Below, piece after piece: positions 35,100 through 44,448 of a stretch of 51,569 nt of DNA. Position numbers and translations under genes: made by a program. Below the pieces are notes generated by a model. It saw only the letters and a program-made list of their open reading frames with translations, was not told the origin of the DNA and did not search any database. How positions within the stretch are numbered: the stretch's first letter is position 1; every line of letters starts with the position of its first letter. The stretch comes from an uncultured Phycisphaeraceae bacterium (GTDB lineage: Bacteria > Planctomycetota > Phycisphaerae > Phycisphaerales > UBA1924). The DNA is taken from assembly GCA_964500365.1 (NCBI GenBank), contig CAZCPB010000002.1, positions 1-51,569 on the forward strand. Direction: 5' to 3'.

Positions 35100-36365
35100 T
35101 CATCCCACCGCCGCGACAATCTTCCTCGCCGCGTCCGTCAGGTCCGTCGCCGCCTGCATCGTCGGGATGTCCTTGCGCGCCTCGCTCAGGAGCTTCCGCC
35201 CCGCGTCCACGTTCGTCCCCTCCAGGCGCACCACCAGCGGCACCTTGAACCCCGTGCTCCCGTCCTTGTTCTTGAACCCCCGCGCGGCGTTCACAATGCC
35301 CTGCGCGATCACGTCGCACCGCATGATCCCGCCGAAGATGTTCACCAGCACGCCCTTCACCTTCGGGTCAGAGAGGATGATGTCGAACGCCGCCGTCACC
35401 GCCTCCTCGCTCGCCCCGCCCCCGACGTCGAGGAAGTTCGCCGGCTCGATCCCCTTCTCCTGCCCGTGAAGCTTCACGATGTCCATCGTGGACATCGCCA
35501 GGCCCGCCCCGTTCACCAGGCACCCGATCGAGCCGTCCAGCGCGATGTACGACAGCCCGTACTTCTGCGCCCGCAGCTCCGCCGGGTTCTCCTCCGCCGG
35601 GTCGGCCATCGCGCCGATGTCCGCGTGACGGAACAGCCCGTTGTCGTCGAAGTTGAACTTGGCATCGATCGCCAGCAGCGTCCCGCTCGTGAACTTCCTC
35701 GCGTCCCCGGGCTGTGCCGAGTCACCCTCGGCCCCCGACGCGGGCGTCAGCACCAGCGGGTTGATCTCGGCGAGCGAGCAGTCCTTCTCGACGAACACCC
35801 TCGCCAGCCCCTGCATGATCGCCACCGCCTGGTTCACCAGCTTGCCGCTGAACCCCAGCGCGAACGCCACCTTGCGCGCCTGGAACCCCTGCAGGCCCAG
35901 CAACGGGTGCAGAGGTTCCTTGATGATCGCGCCCGGGTTCTTCTTCGCGACCTCCTCGATCTCGACCCCGCCCTCGGCGCTGGCGATCAGCACGTTCCGC
36001 CCGCTCTTGCGGTCCACCGTGATCGCCATGTAAAACTCGTGGGAGATGTCCACCGCCGCCGCCACCAGCAGCTTGCGCACCTCGAGCCCCTCCGGCGGCG
36101 TCTGCGGCGACTTCATCCGAGTCGTCAGCATGAACCGCGCCGCGCTCGTCGCGTCCTCGGCGTTCGACACCAGCTTCACGAACCCCGCCTTGCCGCGCCC
36201 GCCCGCGTGCACCTGCGCCTTGATGACCGCCTGCGCCGCCCCGCCCGCCGTCACCGCCTTGAACGCCGGTGCCGCCTGCTCGATCGAATCGATCGTCTGA
36301 GAAGGCGGCACGGGAAGTCCGTACTGACGGAGCAGTTCACGCGCCTGGTACTCGTGGATCTTCAT
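35100..36365 (-). CDS. sucC: succinate--CoA ligase (ADP-forming) subunit beta
   Basis: 'MKIHEYQARELLRQYGLPVP', 'VIKAQVHAGGRGKAG', 'INPL', 'GSIGCLVNGAGLAMSTMD', 'NFLDVGGGA', 'VNIFGGIMRCD'. Confidence 0.95.
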   Translation of the reverse strand: MKIHEYQARELLRQYGLPVPPSQTIDSIEQAAPAFKAVTAGGAAQAVIKAQVHAGGRGKAGFVKLVSNAEDATSAARFMLTTRMKSPQTPPEGLEVRKLLVAAAVDISHEFYMAITVDRKSGRNVLIASAEGGVEIEEVAKKNPGAIIKEPLHPLLGLQGFQARKVAFALGFSGKLVNQAVAIMQGLARVFVEKDCSLAEINPLVLTPASGAEGDSAQPGDARKFTSGTLLAIDAKFNFDDNGLFRHADIGAMADPAEENPAELRAQKYGLSYIALDGSIGCLVNGAGLAMSTMDIVKLHGQEKGIEPANFLDVGGGASEEAVTAAFDIILSDPKVKGVLVNIFGGIMRCDVIAQGIVNAARGFKNKDGSTGFKVPLVVRLEGTNVDAGRKLLSEARKDIPTMQAATDLTDAARKIVAAVG

Positions 36366-36536
36366 GCCGGAGCGTAGGAAGTTCCGGGCACAGGAGGGCA
36401 GGACCGAAGAAACCCAAAGCCCGTACCCCCGCCCCCTAGGAACGCAAGAACGGGAGAACGCGGCAATCGCTCAAAACACGGTTCCGGGCAGGCAGGTCAT
36501 CCGTACTTCCAACCAACCAGCTACGCAGAACGCCCG

Positions 36537-38291
36537 TCACAGCCCCGTCGTGGTGTGCCATGCCTGCAGCAGCGCCGACTCAAACCGGCGCGTGAAAGCC
36601 TTGGCGTCGCACAGGGGCGAACCGAAAAGGTCGGCCCGCAGCGCCGGCCGAAGCCGCGCCAGACCCGCGCGGTCCGATGCCAGTTCCTTTGCGATGCGGA
36701 TGTAGGCGTCCTCCGTCCCCGCGATCAGTTCCGGGTGCCCGATCGTCGAGAGCAGCGACACTCCCACCCGGCCCGCGTGGGTCTGCCCCTCGAGCGTCAC
36801 CACCGGCACGCCCATCAGCGCCGCCTCGATCGTCGTCGTCGTGCCGTTGTAGGGCGTGGGGTCGAGCCCGATGTCGATCAGGTCGTACGCGCGCAGCGGC
36901 CCGTCCGACGCCGCGATCCAGTTGATCAGGTCGATGCGCGCCGGGTCCAGCCCGGCCTCGCCGAACCTCGCCCGGATGTCGGCCTGCACCTCGGGCTCCG
37001 CCTGCGAGTTGTTCTTGAGCAGGAGCCGCGACCCCGGCACCGCGTTCACCACCCGCGACCACAGCCCGACCGTCCGGTCGCTCAGCTTGTGCAGCGCGTT
37101 GAACGAGCCGAAGACGATCGGCGCCGCCGGGTCCTTCGAACTCGGCGGCGCCCCGAGATCGGGCACGCCCTTGATCGGGCTGAAGCACAGGAAGCACGGG
37201 TCGAGCCGGATGAGTTTCTCCGTGCACCGCTCGTCGTACCCCGCCGGGTCGGTCTTCGCATCGACGATGCGGTAATCCACCGTGCTCAGGCCGGTGGTGT
37301 TCGGGTAGCCGCAGTAGGTCACCTGCACCGGCGCGGGCTTGAGTTTCAGAACCTCGACGCGATTCCCGCGCGTCAGGCCCGCGAGGTCGAGCACCAGGTC
37401 GACCTTCCGTTCACGGACCAGCGCATCGTGCTCGGGGTGGTCCATCCGGCCCGTGCGGTGCCACTCCGTGGCGAGCCCCGAAAGATGCGCTGAGTACTCG
37501 TCCTCGCGGTCGGCATCCGAGAAGCACACGAACTCGAACCGCTCGCGGTCGAACTCACGCAGGATCGGCTCGGCGAAGTGCGCGACCGAGTGGCTCCGCA
37601 GGTCCGGCGAGAAGACCCCGACCCGGAAGCGCCGGCCCTCGAGCGGCACCGCCGGCGGCGGCGCGGGTGTCCCCGCCGCGAGCCCGTCGAGCCCGCGCTG
37701 CGCCGCCGCGGTCTCTTCCGGCCGCGTGTCGATGTAGTTCATCGTGTTGGCGACCAGGAGCGACGCCAGCAGCTCGCGCGGGTGCAGCGCGGCGCACTCT
37801 TTCAGCAGCGCCAGCGCCGGCTCGCTCCGCCCGCAATCGCGCATCGCCAGCGCGCGGACTTTCATGAACTTCGAGTCGCCGGGGACCCGCTCAACGCCCA
37901 CGCGCGCGACCTCCGACGCCTCCCACGCGCGGTGCCGCATCATGAGCAGCGTGCAGAACGCCGCCCGCGCCGCGCGCCGGGAGGGCTCCGCCGCGACCAC
38001 CCGCCGGTACAGCGGGATCGCCTCCTCCGGCCGGTCCACCAGCATCAGGACGTTCGCGAGGTTGGTGAGCATGTTGACGTCGTTGGGCGCCGCCCTGACC
38101 GCCCGCTCGGCGTGCGGGAGCGCCTCGGCGTGCCGGCCCTGCGCGGTAAGCAGGCGGCACAGCGACGCGTTCACGTTGGGATTGTCCCGGTTCTTGGGCA
38201 GGATCCGCGCCAGCAGCGCGTGCGCCTCGGTGTACGCGCCGGCGGACATCAGGTCGCTCGCCCGGCGCAGAGTTGCCGACACGTCCGCCAT
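36537..38291 (-). CDS. TPR-repeat O-GlcNAc transferase-like glycosyltransferase (SPINDLY/GT41 family)
   Basis: The N-terminal ~200 aa are TPR-like helices. The C-terminal 'RVGVFSPDLRSHSV', 'TYCGYPNTTG', 'FGSFNALHKLS', 'LDPTPYNGTTTTIEAALMGVPVVTL' matches the bacterial SPY-like GT41 pattern. Confidence 0.85.
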   Translation of the reverse strand: MADVSATLRRASDLMSAGAYTEAHALLARILPKNRDNPNVNASLCRLLTAQGRHAEALPHAERAVRAAPNDVNMLTNLANVLMLVDRPEEAIPLYRRVVAAEPSRRAARAAFCTLLMMRHRAWEASEVARVGVERVPGDSKFMKVRALAMRDCGRSEPALALLKECAALHPRELLASLLVANTMNYIDTRPEETAAAQRGLDGLAAGTPAPPPAVPLEGRRFRVGVFSPDLRSHSVAHFAEPILREFDRERFEFVCFSDADREDEYSAHLSGLATEWHRTGRMDHPEHDALVRERKVDLVLDLAGLTRGNRVEVLKLKPAPVQVTYCGYPNTTGLSTVDYRIVDAKTDPAGYDERCTEKLIRLDPCFLCFSPIKGVPDLGAPPSSKDPAAPIVFGSFNALHKLSDRTVGLWSRVVNAVPGSRLLLKNNSQAEPEVQADIRARFGEAGLDPARIDLINWIAASDGPLRAYDLIDIGLDPTPYNGTTTTIEAALMGVPVVTLEGQTHAGRVGVSLLSTIGHPELIAGTEDAYIRIAKELASDRAGLARLRPALRADLFGSPLCDAKAFTRRFESALLQAWHTTTGL

Positions 38292-38316
38292 GGGGGCGAT
38301 GATACGCGCCGGCCGC

Positions 38317-38670
38317 TCACGCCCCGGGCGCGCCGGCCGGCGCGGGCGTGCCGGCCCCGCGCTCGCGCGTCCGCTTCGCCAGCGCGTCCTCGACCGCCCG
38401 CGCGATCTCGACCAGTTCGCCCGTCACACGCCGGACCTCGTCGGGGTAGCGTGAGACAGCGCGGTCGGCGGTGGCCATGATCGCGTGGACATCACGCCAC
38501 CCCGGCGTGTCGTCGATGAGCCGGCCCGCGACCGTGATCTCGCCGGAGGGGTTCTCGAAGGGGTACTTCACGCCGCCCGTCGTCGAGCGGACCGTCGAGA
38601 GGTCGTCGCGGATCGTGTCCAGCAGCGGGCGGAATGTGCTGAGGGCGTCCGCGGCAGCGGACTCATCCAC
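38317..38670 (-). CDS. hypothetical protein
   Basis: 117-aa ORF with a GTG start, 22 nt downstream of the preceding gene. The composition is globular and non-repetitive, with high GC at third positions. No family recognised. Confidence 0.5.
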   Translation of the reverse strand: MDESAAADALSTFRPLLDTIRDDLSTVRSTTGGVKYPFENPSGEITVAGRLIDDTPGWRDVHAIMATADRAVSRYPDEVRRVTGELVEIARAVEDALAKRTRERGAGTPAPAGAPGA

Positions 38671-38692
38671 CGTGGAAGCTCGGATCCGAATC

Positions 38693-39136
38693 TCAGCCCT
38701 GCGGCGTGAACGTCGCGCCGTCCAGCACGTCGGCGCTCACGAGGTCGCCCGGCTGAAACTTCGCCGCGCTCTGCCGCGCGTCCGTCAACTCGCAGTGGAT
38801 CGGCACCCCCGCGTTCACCAGCACCGTGTTCGTGCCCGCGTCGGTCGAAACCACCGTCCCCTGCACCCGCCGCGGCCGGCCCATCACCGGCTCCACGTAC
38901 CGACCGCCCGTCTGCACGATGTCGAGCCGCCGCGACTTCACGCGGATCGTCCCCACCAGCCGCTTCCCCGGCGCGCTCGCGACCGGCGCCGCGGGCAGCA
39001 GGTGAATCTGGTAGCTCGTGTCCGGAACGGCGAGCACGATCCGGGCCGGACGCGTCGCCGTTTCGGCGATCGAGCGCTCCAGCACGCCGCGGGCCAGGTG
39101 CGGCCCGATCTTCGAAGTCGGTGACGGGGCGATCAT
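38693..39136 (-). CDS. hypothetical protein
   Basis: 147-aa ORF with an ATG start and a beta-rich composition (TIRVKSRRLDIVQTGGRYVEPV...VQGTVVSTDAGTNTVLVNAGVPIHCEL). No family recognised. Confidence 0.55.
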   Translation of the reverse strand: MIAPSPTSKIGPHLARGVLERSIAETATRPARIVLAVPDTSYQIHLLPAAPVASAPGKRLVGTIRVKSRRLDIVQTGGRYVEPVMGRPRRVQGTVVSTDAGTNTVLVNAGVPIHCELTDARQSAAKFQPGDLVSADVLDGATFTPQG

Positions 39137-39182
39137 GCCGGGAAGATAGGCGGACCGCTCGTGCCCCGCGCACGACCCGCCT

Positions 39183-39848
39183 TCACCGCCGCGCCGGGGC
39201 GCTCTCGAGGAAGTTCTTGAGCAGGCGCGGCCCCTCTTCGGTCAGGAAGCTCTCGGGATGGAACTGAACCCCCTCGACGGGGAACCGCCCCGGCTCTCCG
39301 AACACGCGCCGCAGCCCCATGACCACCCGCTGCCTCCGCCCCCCGACCTCGTCCTCAGTCCACGCCGACACGACCCAGCCCCCCGCGCCTTCGGCCGGCG
39401 GCTCAGGGATCGTCTCCGGGCGAACGATCAGCGAGTGATAGCGCGTCGCGACGAACGGGTTCGACAGCCCCGCAAACACGCCCCGCCCGTCGTGGTGGAT
39501 CGGGCTGGTCTTTCCGTGCATCTGCACCGCGTGCCGCTCCACCGTCATCGAATTCGACGCCGCCAGGCACTGGTGCCCGAGGCACACCCCCAGCACAGGC
39601 ACCCGCCCCCCGAAGTGCTCGATCATCGCCGAAGACACGCCCGCCTCGTTCGGTGAGCACGGCCCCGGGGAGATCACCACGTGGCTCGGACCGCGCCCGC
39701 CGTCGAGCCGGTCGGCCTCCCCGGGAGTTATCTGGTCGTTGCGGACGACAAGCATGCCCTTGCCGGGCTCCAAGCCCGGGTCGATCTCGCCGAACCGCTG
39801 CACCAGGTTCCAGGTGAAGCTGTCGTAGTTATCGATCAGAAGAATCAT
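39183..39848 (-). CDS. glutamine amidotransferase, anthranilate synthase component II / aminodeoxychorismate synthase component II (TrpG/PabA)
   Basis: 'MILLIDNYDSFTWNLVQ', catalytic 'GVCLGHQC', 'GVQFHPES'. The ATG at 39848 is preferred. Confidence 0.9.
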   Translation of the reverse strand: MILLIDNYDSFTWNLVQRFGEIDPGLEPGKGMLVVRNDQITPGEADRLDGGRGPSHVVISPGPCSPNEAGVSSAMIEHFGGRVPVLGVCLGHQCLAASNSMTVERHAVQMHGKTSPIHHDGRGVFAGLSNPFVATRYHSLIVRPETIPEPPAEGAGGWVVSAWTEDEVGGRRQRVVMGLRRVFGEPGRFPVEGVQFHPESFLTEEGPRLLKNFLESAPARR

Positions 39849-40082
39849 CGCCCGGCAAGCGTAGAGCACCCCGACCGGCCCCGGTTCTCCCCCTCAGACC
39901 CAGGAATTTCGTGGGGGGCCCACCTCTTTTTATTGGCCTCACCCGCGTTCTTGAGGCAGATTTCAGACGCGGAAGAGCGCGGGGGGCGTTTGCGCCGGGT
40001 GTGTGGTCCGGCAGTCCCGCGATGGATGAGCACGCGCCGCGGGCCCCTTCCAGGCCCCGGCCGGAATCCGGAGAGAGGATCC

Positions 40083-41381
40083 ATGAACACGAGGATTTGC
40101 GTCGTCGCTCTGCTGGCAGGGGCCGCGATCGGCACCGCGTCGGCGGACGTGGTGACCGAGTGGAATGAGCACATGCTCCAGGCCGCCAAGGCCGCCGCCA
40201 TCCCACCGCCCCGCACGTCGCGCGCGTACGCGATCGTCTCGGCCGCCGTGTACGACGCGGTCAACAGCATCAGCCGCACCCACTACCAGTACAAGTACAT
40301 GGACGCGGCACCGCTCGGCGCCTCGAAAGAAGCCGCCGCCGCCGCCGCCGCGCACCGCGCGCTGGTCAACATGTTCCCGTCGCAGCAGGCCTCGCTCGAC
40401 ACCAAGCTGGCCACGACCCTCGCCAACCTCCCCGGCAGCGCGCAGTCCAAGGCCGACGGGCAGGCCTTCGGCTCGTCGATCGGACAGAAGATGTTCGACT
40501 CGCGCGCCAACGACAACTCCAACGCCGTGCAGTCGTACACGCCCAAGAACGGCCCGGGTTTCTGGCGGCCCTTCGACGGCGTGAGCCCCGCCGTCCTCCC
40601 CCAGTGGGGCAACGTCACCCCCTTCACCATGACCTCGGCGACCCAGTTCCGCGGCACGGCCGTGCCCCCGGCGCTCAACTCGCCCGAGTACGCCGCCGCC
40701 GTGAACGAAGTGAAAGAAATCGGCGCGCTCAACAGCGCAACCCGCACGCCCGACCAGACCCACATCGCCCACTTCTGGGCTGACGGTGGCGGCACCGTCA
40801 CCCCGCCCGGGCACTGGAACCGCATCGCGCAGACCGTCGGGGCCCAGGAGGGCAACTCCGTCGAGGAGAACGCCCGCATGTTCGCCCTGATGAACTTCGG
40901 CATGGCCGACGCCGCGATCAACTGCTGGAACATCAAGTACGAGACCGAGTTCTGGCGTCCGTGGGCCGCGATCCGTGAGGCCGACAGCGCCGGCAACGCC
41001 GCCATCGTCCAGGACCCGACCTGGCTGCCCCTGATCACCACCCCGAACTTCCCGACCTTCACCTCGGGCCACAGCACCTTCAGCGGTGCCGCGGCGACGA
41101 TCCTCGCCGGGATCTTCGGCGACAACATCTCCTTCACCGACACCTCCGAGGGCGTCGCGGGGTCGCGCAACTTCACGAGCTTCAGCCAGGCCGCGGGCGA
41201 GGCCGCCGACAGCCGGCTCTACGGCGGGATCCACTACTGGTTCGACAATGTCGAAGGGCTCAATTGCGGCACCGACATCGGCGAGTACGTCGGCGACAAC
41301 TTCCTGCAGACCATCCCCGCGCCGGGCTCGCTCGCGGTGCTGGGCGCCGGGCTGCTGGCCGGGATGCGGCGCCGCCGTTGA
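40083..41381 (+). CDS. vanadium-dependent haloperoxidase / PAP2-superfamily protein with a PEP-CTERM-like tail
   Basis: Signal peptide MNTRICVVALLAGAAIGTASA. PAP2/haloperoxidase motifs 'KYETEFWRP', 'TSGHSTF', 'SRLYGGIHYWFD'. C-terminus 'IPAPGSLAVLGAGLLAGMRRRR'. Confidence 0.85.
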   Translation: MNTRICVVALLAGAAIGTASADVVTEWNEHMLQAAKAAAIPPPRTSRAYAIVSAAVYDAVNSISRTHYQYKYMDAAPLGASKEAAAAAAAHRALVNMFPSQQASLDTKLATTLANLPGSAQSKADGQAFGSSIGQKMFDSRANDNSNAVQSYTPKNGPGFWRPFDGVSPAVLPQWGNVTPFTMTSATQFRGTAVPPALNSPEYAAAVNEVKEIGALNSATRTPDQTHIAHFWADGGGTVTPPGHWNRIAQTVGAQEGNSVEENARMFALMNFGMADAAINCWNIKYETEFWRPWAAIREADSAGNAAIVQDPTWLPLITTPNFPTFTSGHSTFSGAAATILAGIFGDNISFTDTSEGVAGSRNFTSFSQAAGEAADSRLYGGIHYWFDNVEGLNCGTDIGEYVGDNFLQTIPAPGSLAVLGAGLLAGMRRRR

Positions 41382-41423
41382 CGCGTTGGGAATGATCGAC
41401 CACGGGCGTTCGGGCCCGACACG

Positions 41424-41461
41424 GGCGGGTCGCGCCGGAGGGAGGGGCGACCCGCCTTTTT
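41424..41461 (+). terminator. intrinsic terminator after the haloperoxidase-like gene
   Basis: 10-bp GC stem ggcgggtcgc (41424-41433) / gcgacccgcc (41447-41456), followed directly by TTTTT (41457-41461). Confidence 0.75.
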
Positions 41462-41480
41462 CATTTCCCGATCGACCGGT

Positions 41481-42290
41481 TCACGCCGCTTCGTCGCGGC
41501 GCTCGACGAGCGTCCCCGCCACACCGTCGCGCGTCACGTAGAAAAACTCCGGCGTGATCGGGTAGGGGAGACGCTTGTAGTCCTCCTCGACCCGCTCGTG
41601 CAGCCGCCGGAGGAACGGGGTCGGCCCGCTGGAGAGCGCCACGAACATGTCTCGCGCCGGAGTCGCCACGTAGAAATCGCCCCCGAGCTGCGGCGCCAGG
41701 CGGTCGAAGAGCCCCGACAGGAGCAGCCTCGCCGCGTCGTAGCCGTCGTGCTCGGAAACGATCGCCGCTTTCCCGCCCTCCTTGCTCTCGACCACCTGGA
41801 TCTCGAGCTCGGGGACGTACTGGTCAAGGTTGCCGCGGGCGATCTCGTCCAGGTCCTCGACCGTCAGGCCCCACCGCACGATCTGCTCGGTGGTGATGCT
41901 CACCGTCATGTGCGGCAGGTCGGTCACGAAGACGACGACCGTGCCGTTGACGTAGGGGACGTGGGCGACCATCTCCCGGTCCAGGTGCTCAAAGATCGTG
42001 TCCGGCTGGATGCGCGGCATGATCCGCGGGCGGGCGAAGTCCAGCGACATCGACAGCATGTTGAGCGCGTCGCCCGAGAAGAGCTGGTCGAGGTAATGCT
42101 TCACGATGTCGTCGGCCCTGCCGGGCTCGTGCCGGACCATGCGGAAGAGATTCTCGAGGTCCAGGCGGCGGCCGTTCACCAGCAGCTCGCGCGGGCCCAC
42201 GAGGTCGATCGCGTACTCGGGGTGCAGCGTCTTGAGCTGCGTGGCGACGTGCTCGGCGAACGCTTCGGGCTCGTGGGGGATGCCGGCCAT
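41481..42290 (-). CDS. DUF1444 (UPF0354, YtpQ-like) family protein
   Basis: About 269 aa. The overall pattern, including 'GGDFYVATPARDMFVALS', resembles YtpQ-like proteins. ATG at 42290, with GGAGAG upstream. Confidence 0.65.
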   Translation of the reverse strand: MAGIPHEPEAFAEHVATQLKTLHPEYAIDLVGPRELLVNGRRLDLENLFRMVRHEPGRADDIVKHYLDQLFSGDALNMLSMSLDFARPRIMPRIQPDTIFEHLDREMVAHVPYVNGTVVVFVTDLPHMTVSITTEQIVRWGLTVEDLDEIARGNLDQYVPELEIQVVESKEGGKAAIVSEHDGYDAARLLLSGLFDRLAPQLGGDFYVATPARDMFVALSSGPTPFLRRLHERVEEDYKRLPYPITPEFFYVTRDGVAGTLVERRDEAA

Positions 42291-42636
42291 GGCCACTCTC
42301 TCCGTGTCGGTGTCTGACGCGGGGGACGGCCGCCGGGCACGTCACGCGCCTGGACGCGCCGGACGATCGGCCGCGCCCGGGACGAGCTATCGTGAAGCCG
42401 CGAGGGCCGTCCAACGATCGGTTCGGATTAGACGCCGCCGCGGATGCCGGGGCGACGGTTGTGCCGCCGGGTTCGTCGGCGCGGGCAGGTCCGGCAACCC
42501 CGCGCGTCCGATCACGGCCTCCCACCCGCGGCCGGAACGGGACGGGTGGGGCCTTCACCCCCTGCCGTGGTTTGTACACACTCGCCGGCCGGAGATTCGA
42601 TCGACCTACGGTTGGGCCGGCGGTCGGGCCCGCGAC

Positions 42637-42664
42637 TTGGCAGACGGACGCTTCGGTGTATAAT
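42637..42664 (+). promoter_or_regulatory. sigma-70-like promoter upstream of acpP (TTGGCA-16 nt-TATAAT)
   Basis: ttggca at 42637-42642 and tataat at 42659-42664. A consensus AT-rich -10 hexamer stands out in this GC-rich DNA. It lies about 80 nt upstream of the acpP start. Confidence 0.5.
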
Positions 42665-42742
42665 GCAGACCGCCCGGCGGGCTGAATTGACCGCTGGCGT
42701 TCGAGAGTGGTTCGGAATCGAGACTCTCCTGGAGGGCTCACT

Positions 42743-42991
42743 GTGACCGAGCAGGAAATCGAAGCCAAGGTGATCGAGATCGTGGCGGAGCAGATGGGCG
42801 CGGACAAGGCGAAGATCTCGCGGACCACCAGCTTTGTCGACGACCTGAACGCCGACAGCCTCGACACCGTCGAACTGGTCATGGAGTTCGAGGACGAGTT
42901 CGAAACCTCGATCCCCGACGAGCAGGCCGAGAAGATCAAGACGGTCGGAGAGGCCATCGACTTCATCAAGCAGGCCCACGGGGTCGAGTGA
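42743..42991 (+). CDS. acpP: acyl carrier protein
   Basis: '[23 protein letters not shown]', with the DSL phosphopantetheine serine. GTG at 42743, with GGAGGG upstream. Confidence 0.95.
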   Translation: MTEQEIEAKVIEIVAEQMGADKAKISRTTSFVDDLNADSLDTVELVMEFEDEFETSIPDEQAEKIKTVGEAIDFIKQAHGVE

Positions 42992-43100
42992 CCGGGCTAT
43001 CGGTCCTATCGTGGGGTGCCGCGCAGAACGCTCGCGGGGCGCCGCGGCGGCCCGCCGGGCGCCGCGGACGCGCGTCCATCTGCCATCCGGGGCGTAGCCA

Positions 43101-44390
43101 GTGAGCACCCACCCACACAGCCCCGCGCGACTCGTGATCACCGGCTTCGGCGCGATCACCAACCTGGGACACGACGCCCGAACCACATGGTCGGGCATGC
43201 GCGAGGGCCGCAGCGGCATCGGCCCCCTGGAAGGCGAAGAGTTCAACCGCCACACCGGGCACTGGTCCACCACCATCGCCGGCCAAATACGCGGCTGGGA
43301 TCCCTCGGTCTCCGGCCTCGATACCCGCGAACTCAAGCGCGTCGACCGGTTCACCGTCCTCGGCCTCGCCGCCGCCGAAGAGGCCGTCCGCCACTCGGGG
43401 ATCGACTTCTCACGGGAGGATACCGAGCGCTGCGGCGTGGTCATCGGATCGGGCATCGGCGGCATCCGCACCATCGAAGAGGGGATGTGGAACCTGCTCG
43501 AGCGCGGCCCCGACCGCATCAGCCCCTTCTGCGTCCCACGCCTCATGGCCAACGCCGCCGCCGGCAACATCTCGATCAAGTACGGCCTGCGGGGCCCGGC
43601 CTCGACCCACGCGACGGCCTGCGCCTCCTCCGGCCACGCGATCGGCGACGCGATGCACGCCATGCGCCGTGACGAGGCCAACGTCATGATCGTCGGGGGC
43701 GCCGAGGCGGCCGTCAGCCCCCTCTGCATCGGCGCCTTCTCGAGCATGAAGGCGCTCTCGACACGCAACGCCGACCCGACCCACGCCAGCCGCCCCTTCG
43801 ACCAGAACCGCGACGGCTTCGTACTGAGCGAGGGCGCGGCCATGTTCGTCGTCGAGACCGAGGACCACGCCCGCGCCCGCAACGCCACGATCTACGCCGA
43901 ACTCGTCGGCACCGGCAACAGCTGCGACGCCACCCACATCACCGCCCCGGACGCCGAGGGCGCGGGCGCCGCACGCTCCATGCGCTGGGCCCTCCGCGAC
44001 GCCCGCCTCAACCCCGGCGACATCGAGTACGTCAACGCCCACGGCACCTCCACCCCCCTGGGCGACAAGGCCGAGGTCGCGGCAGTCATGGCGATCTTCG
44101 GCGACCACGCCCGCAAGAGCGCCGGCGGCCGCCTCATCATGAGCTCGACCAAGAGCATGCACGGCCACTGCCTCGGCGCCTCGGGCGCGATCGAGCTCAT
44201 CGCCTGCATCCACGCCGTCCGCGACGGGGTCATCCCCCCCACCATCAACCTCGAACGCCCCGACGAGGGCTTCGACATCGACCTCGTCCCCCACCACGCC
44301 CGCGAGCGCCGCACGAAGTACGCGATGAACAACACGTTCGGCTTCGGCGGCCACAACGTGACGCTGATCGTCGGGCGGTACGAGGGGTAG
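43101..44390 (+). CDS. fabF: beta-ketoacyl-ACP synthase II
   Basis: 'VITGFGAITNLG', active-site 'ATACASSGHAIGDA', 'VNAHGTSTPLGD', 'KSMHGHCLGASG', 'NTFGFGGHN'. Confidence 0.95.
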   Translation: MSTHPHSPARLVITGFGAITNLGHDARTTWSGMREGRSGIGPLEGEEFNRHTGHWSTTIAGQIRGWDPSVSGLDTRELKRVDRFTVLGLAAAEEAVRHSGIDFSREDTERCGVVIGSGIGGIRTIEEGMWNLLERGPDRISPFCVPRLMANAAAGNISIKYGLRGPASTHATACASSGHAIGDAMHAMRRDEANVMIVGGAEAAVSPLCIGAFSSMKALSTRNADPTHASRPFDQNRDGFVLSEGAAMFVVETEDHARARNATIYAELVGTGNSCDATHITAPDAEGAGAARSMRWALRDARLNPGDIEYVNAHGTSTPLGDKAEVAAVMAIFGDHARKSAGGRLIMSSTKSMHGHCLGASGAIELIACIHAVRDGVIPPTINLERPDEGFDIDLVPHHARERRTKYAMNNTFGFGGHNVTLIVGRYEG

Positions 44391-44448
44391 GCGATCCCGC
44401 CCGAAGCGCCGCCAAAGGTCGTCACCAGCCCACGACGTACAGTCAGAC

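Noticed and set aside
39910-39945. Small hairpin gtggg-ggg-cccac followed by ctcttttt on the plus strand, between trpG/pabA and the haloperoxidase-like gene
   Set aside because: The stem is only 5 bp with a 3-nt loop. No plus-strand gene lies upstream to terminate. It is more likely just the AT-richer divergent promoter region.
39963-41234. 423-aa minus-strand ORF opposite the haloperoxidase-like gene
   Set aside because: It is an antisense high-GC open frame with a Gly/Arg/Val/Asp-rich translation.
42512-43888. 458-aa minus-strand ORF
   Set aside because: It is antisense to acpP and fabF, which are unambiguous. It has no motifs.
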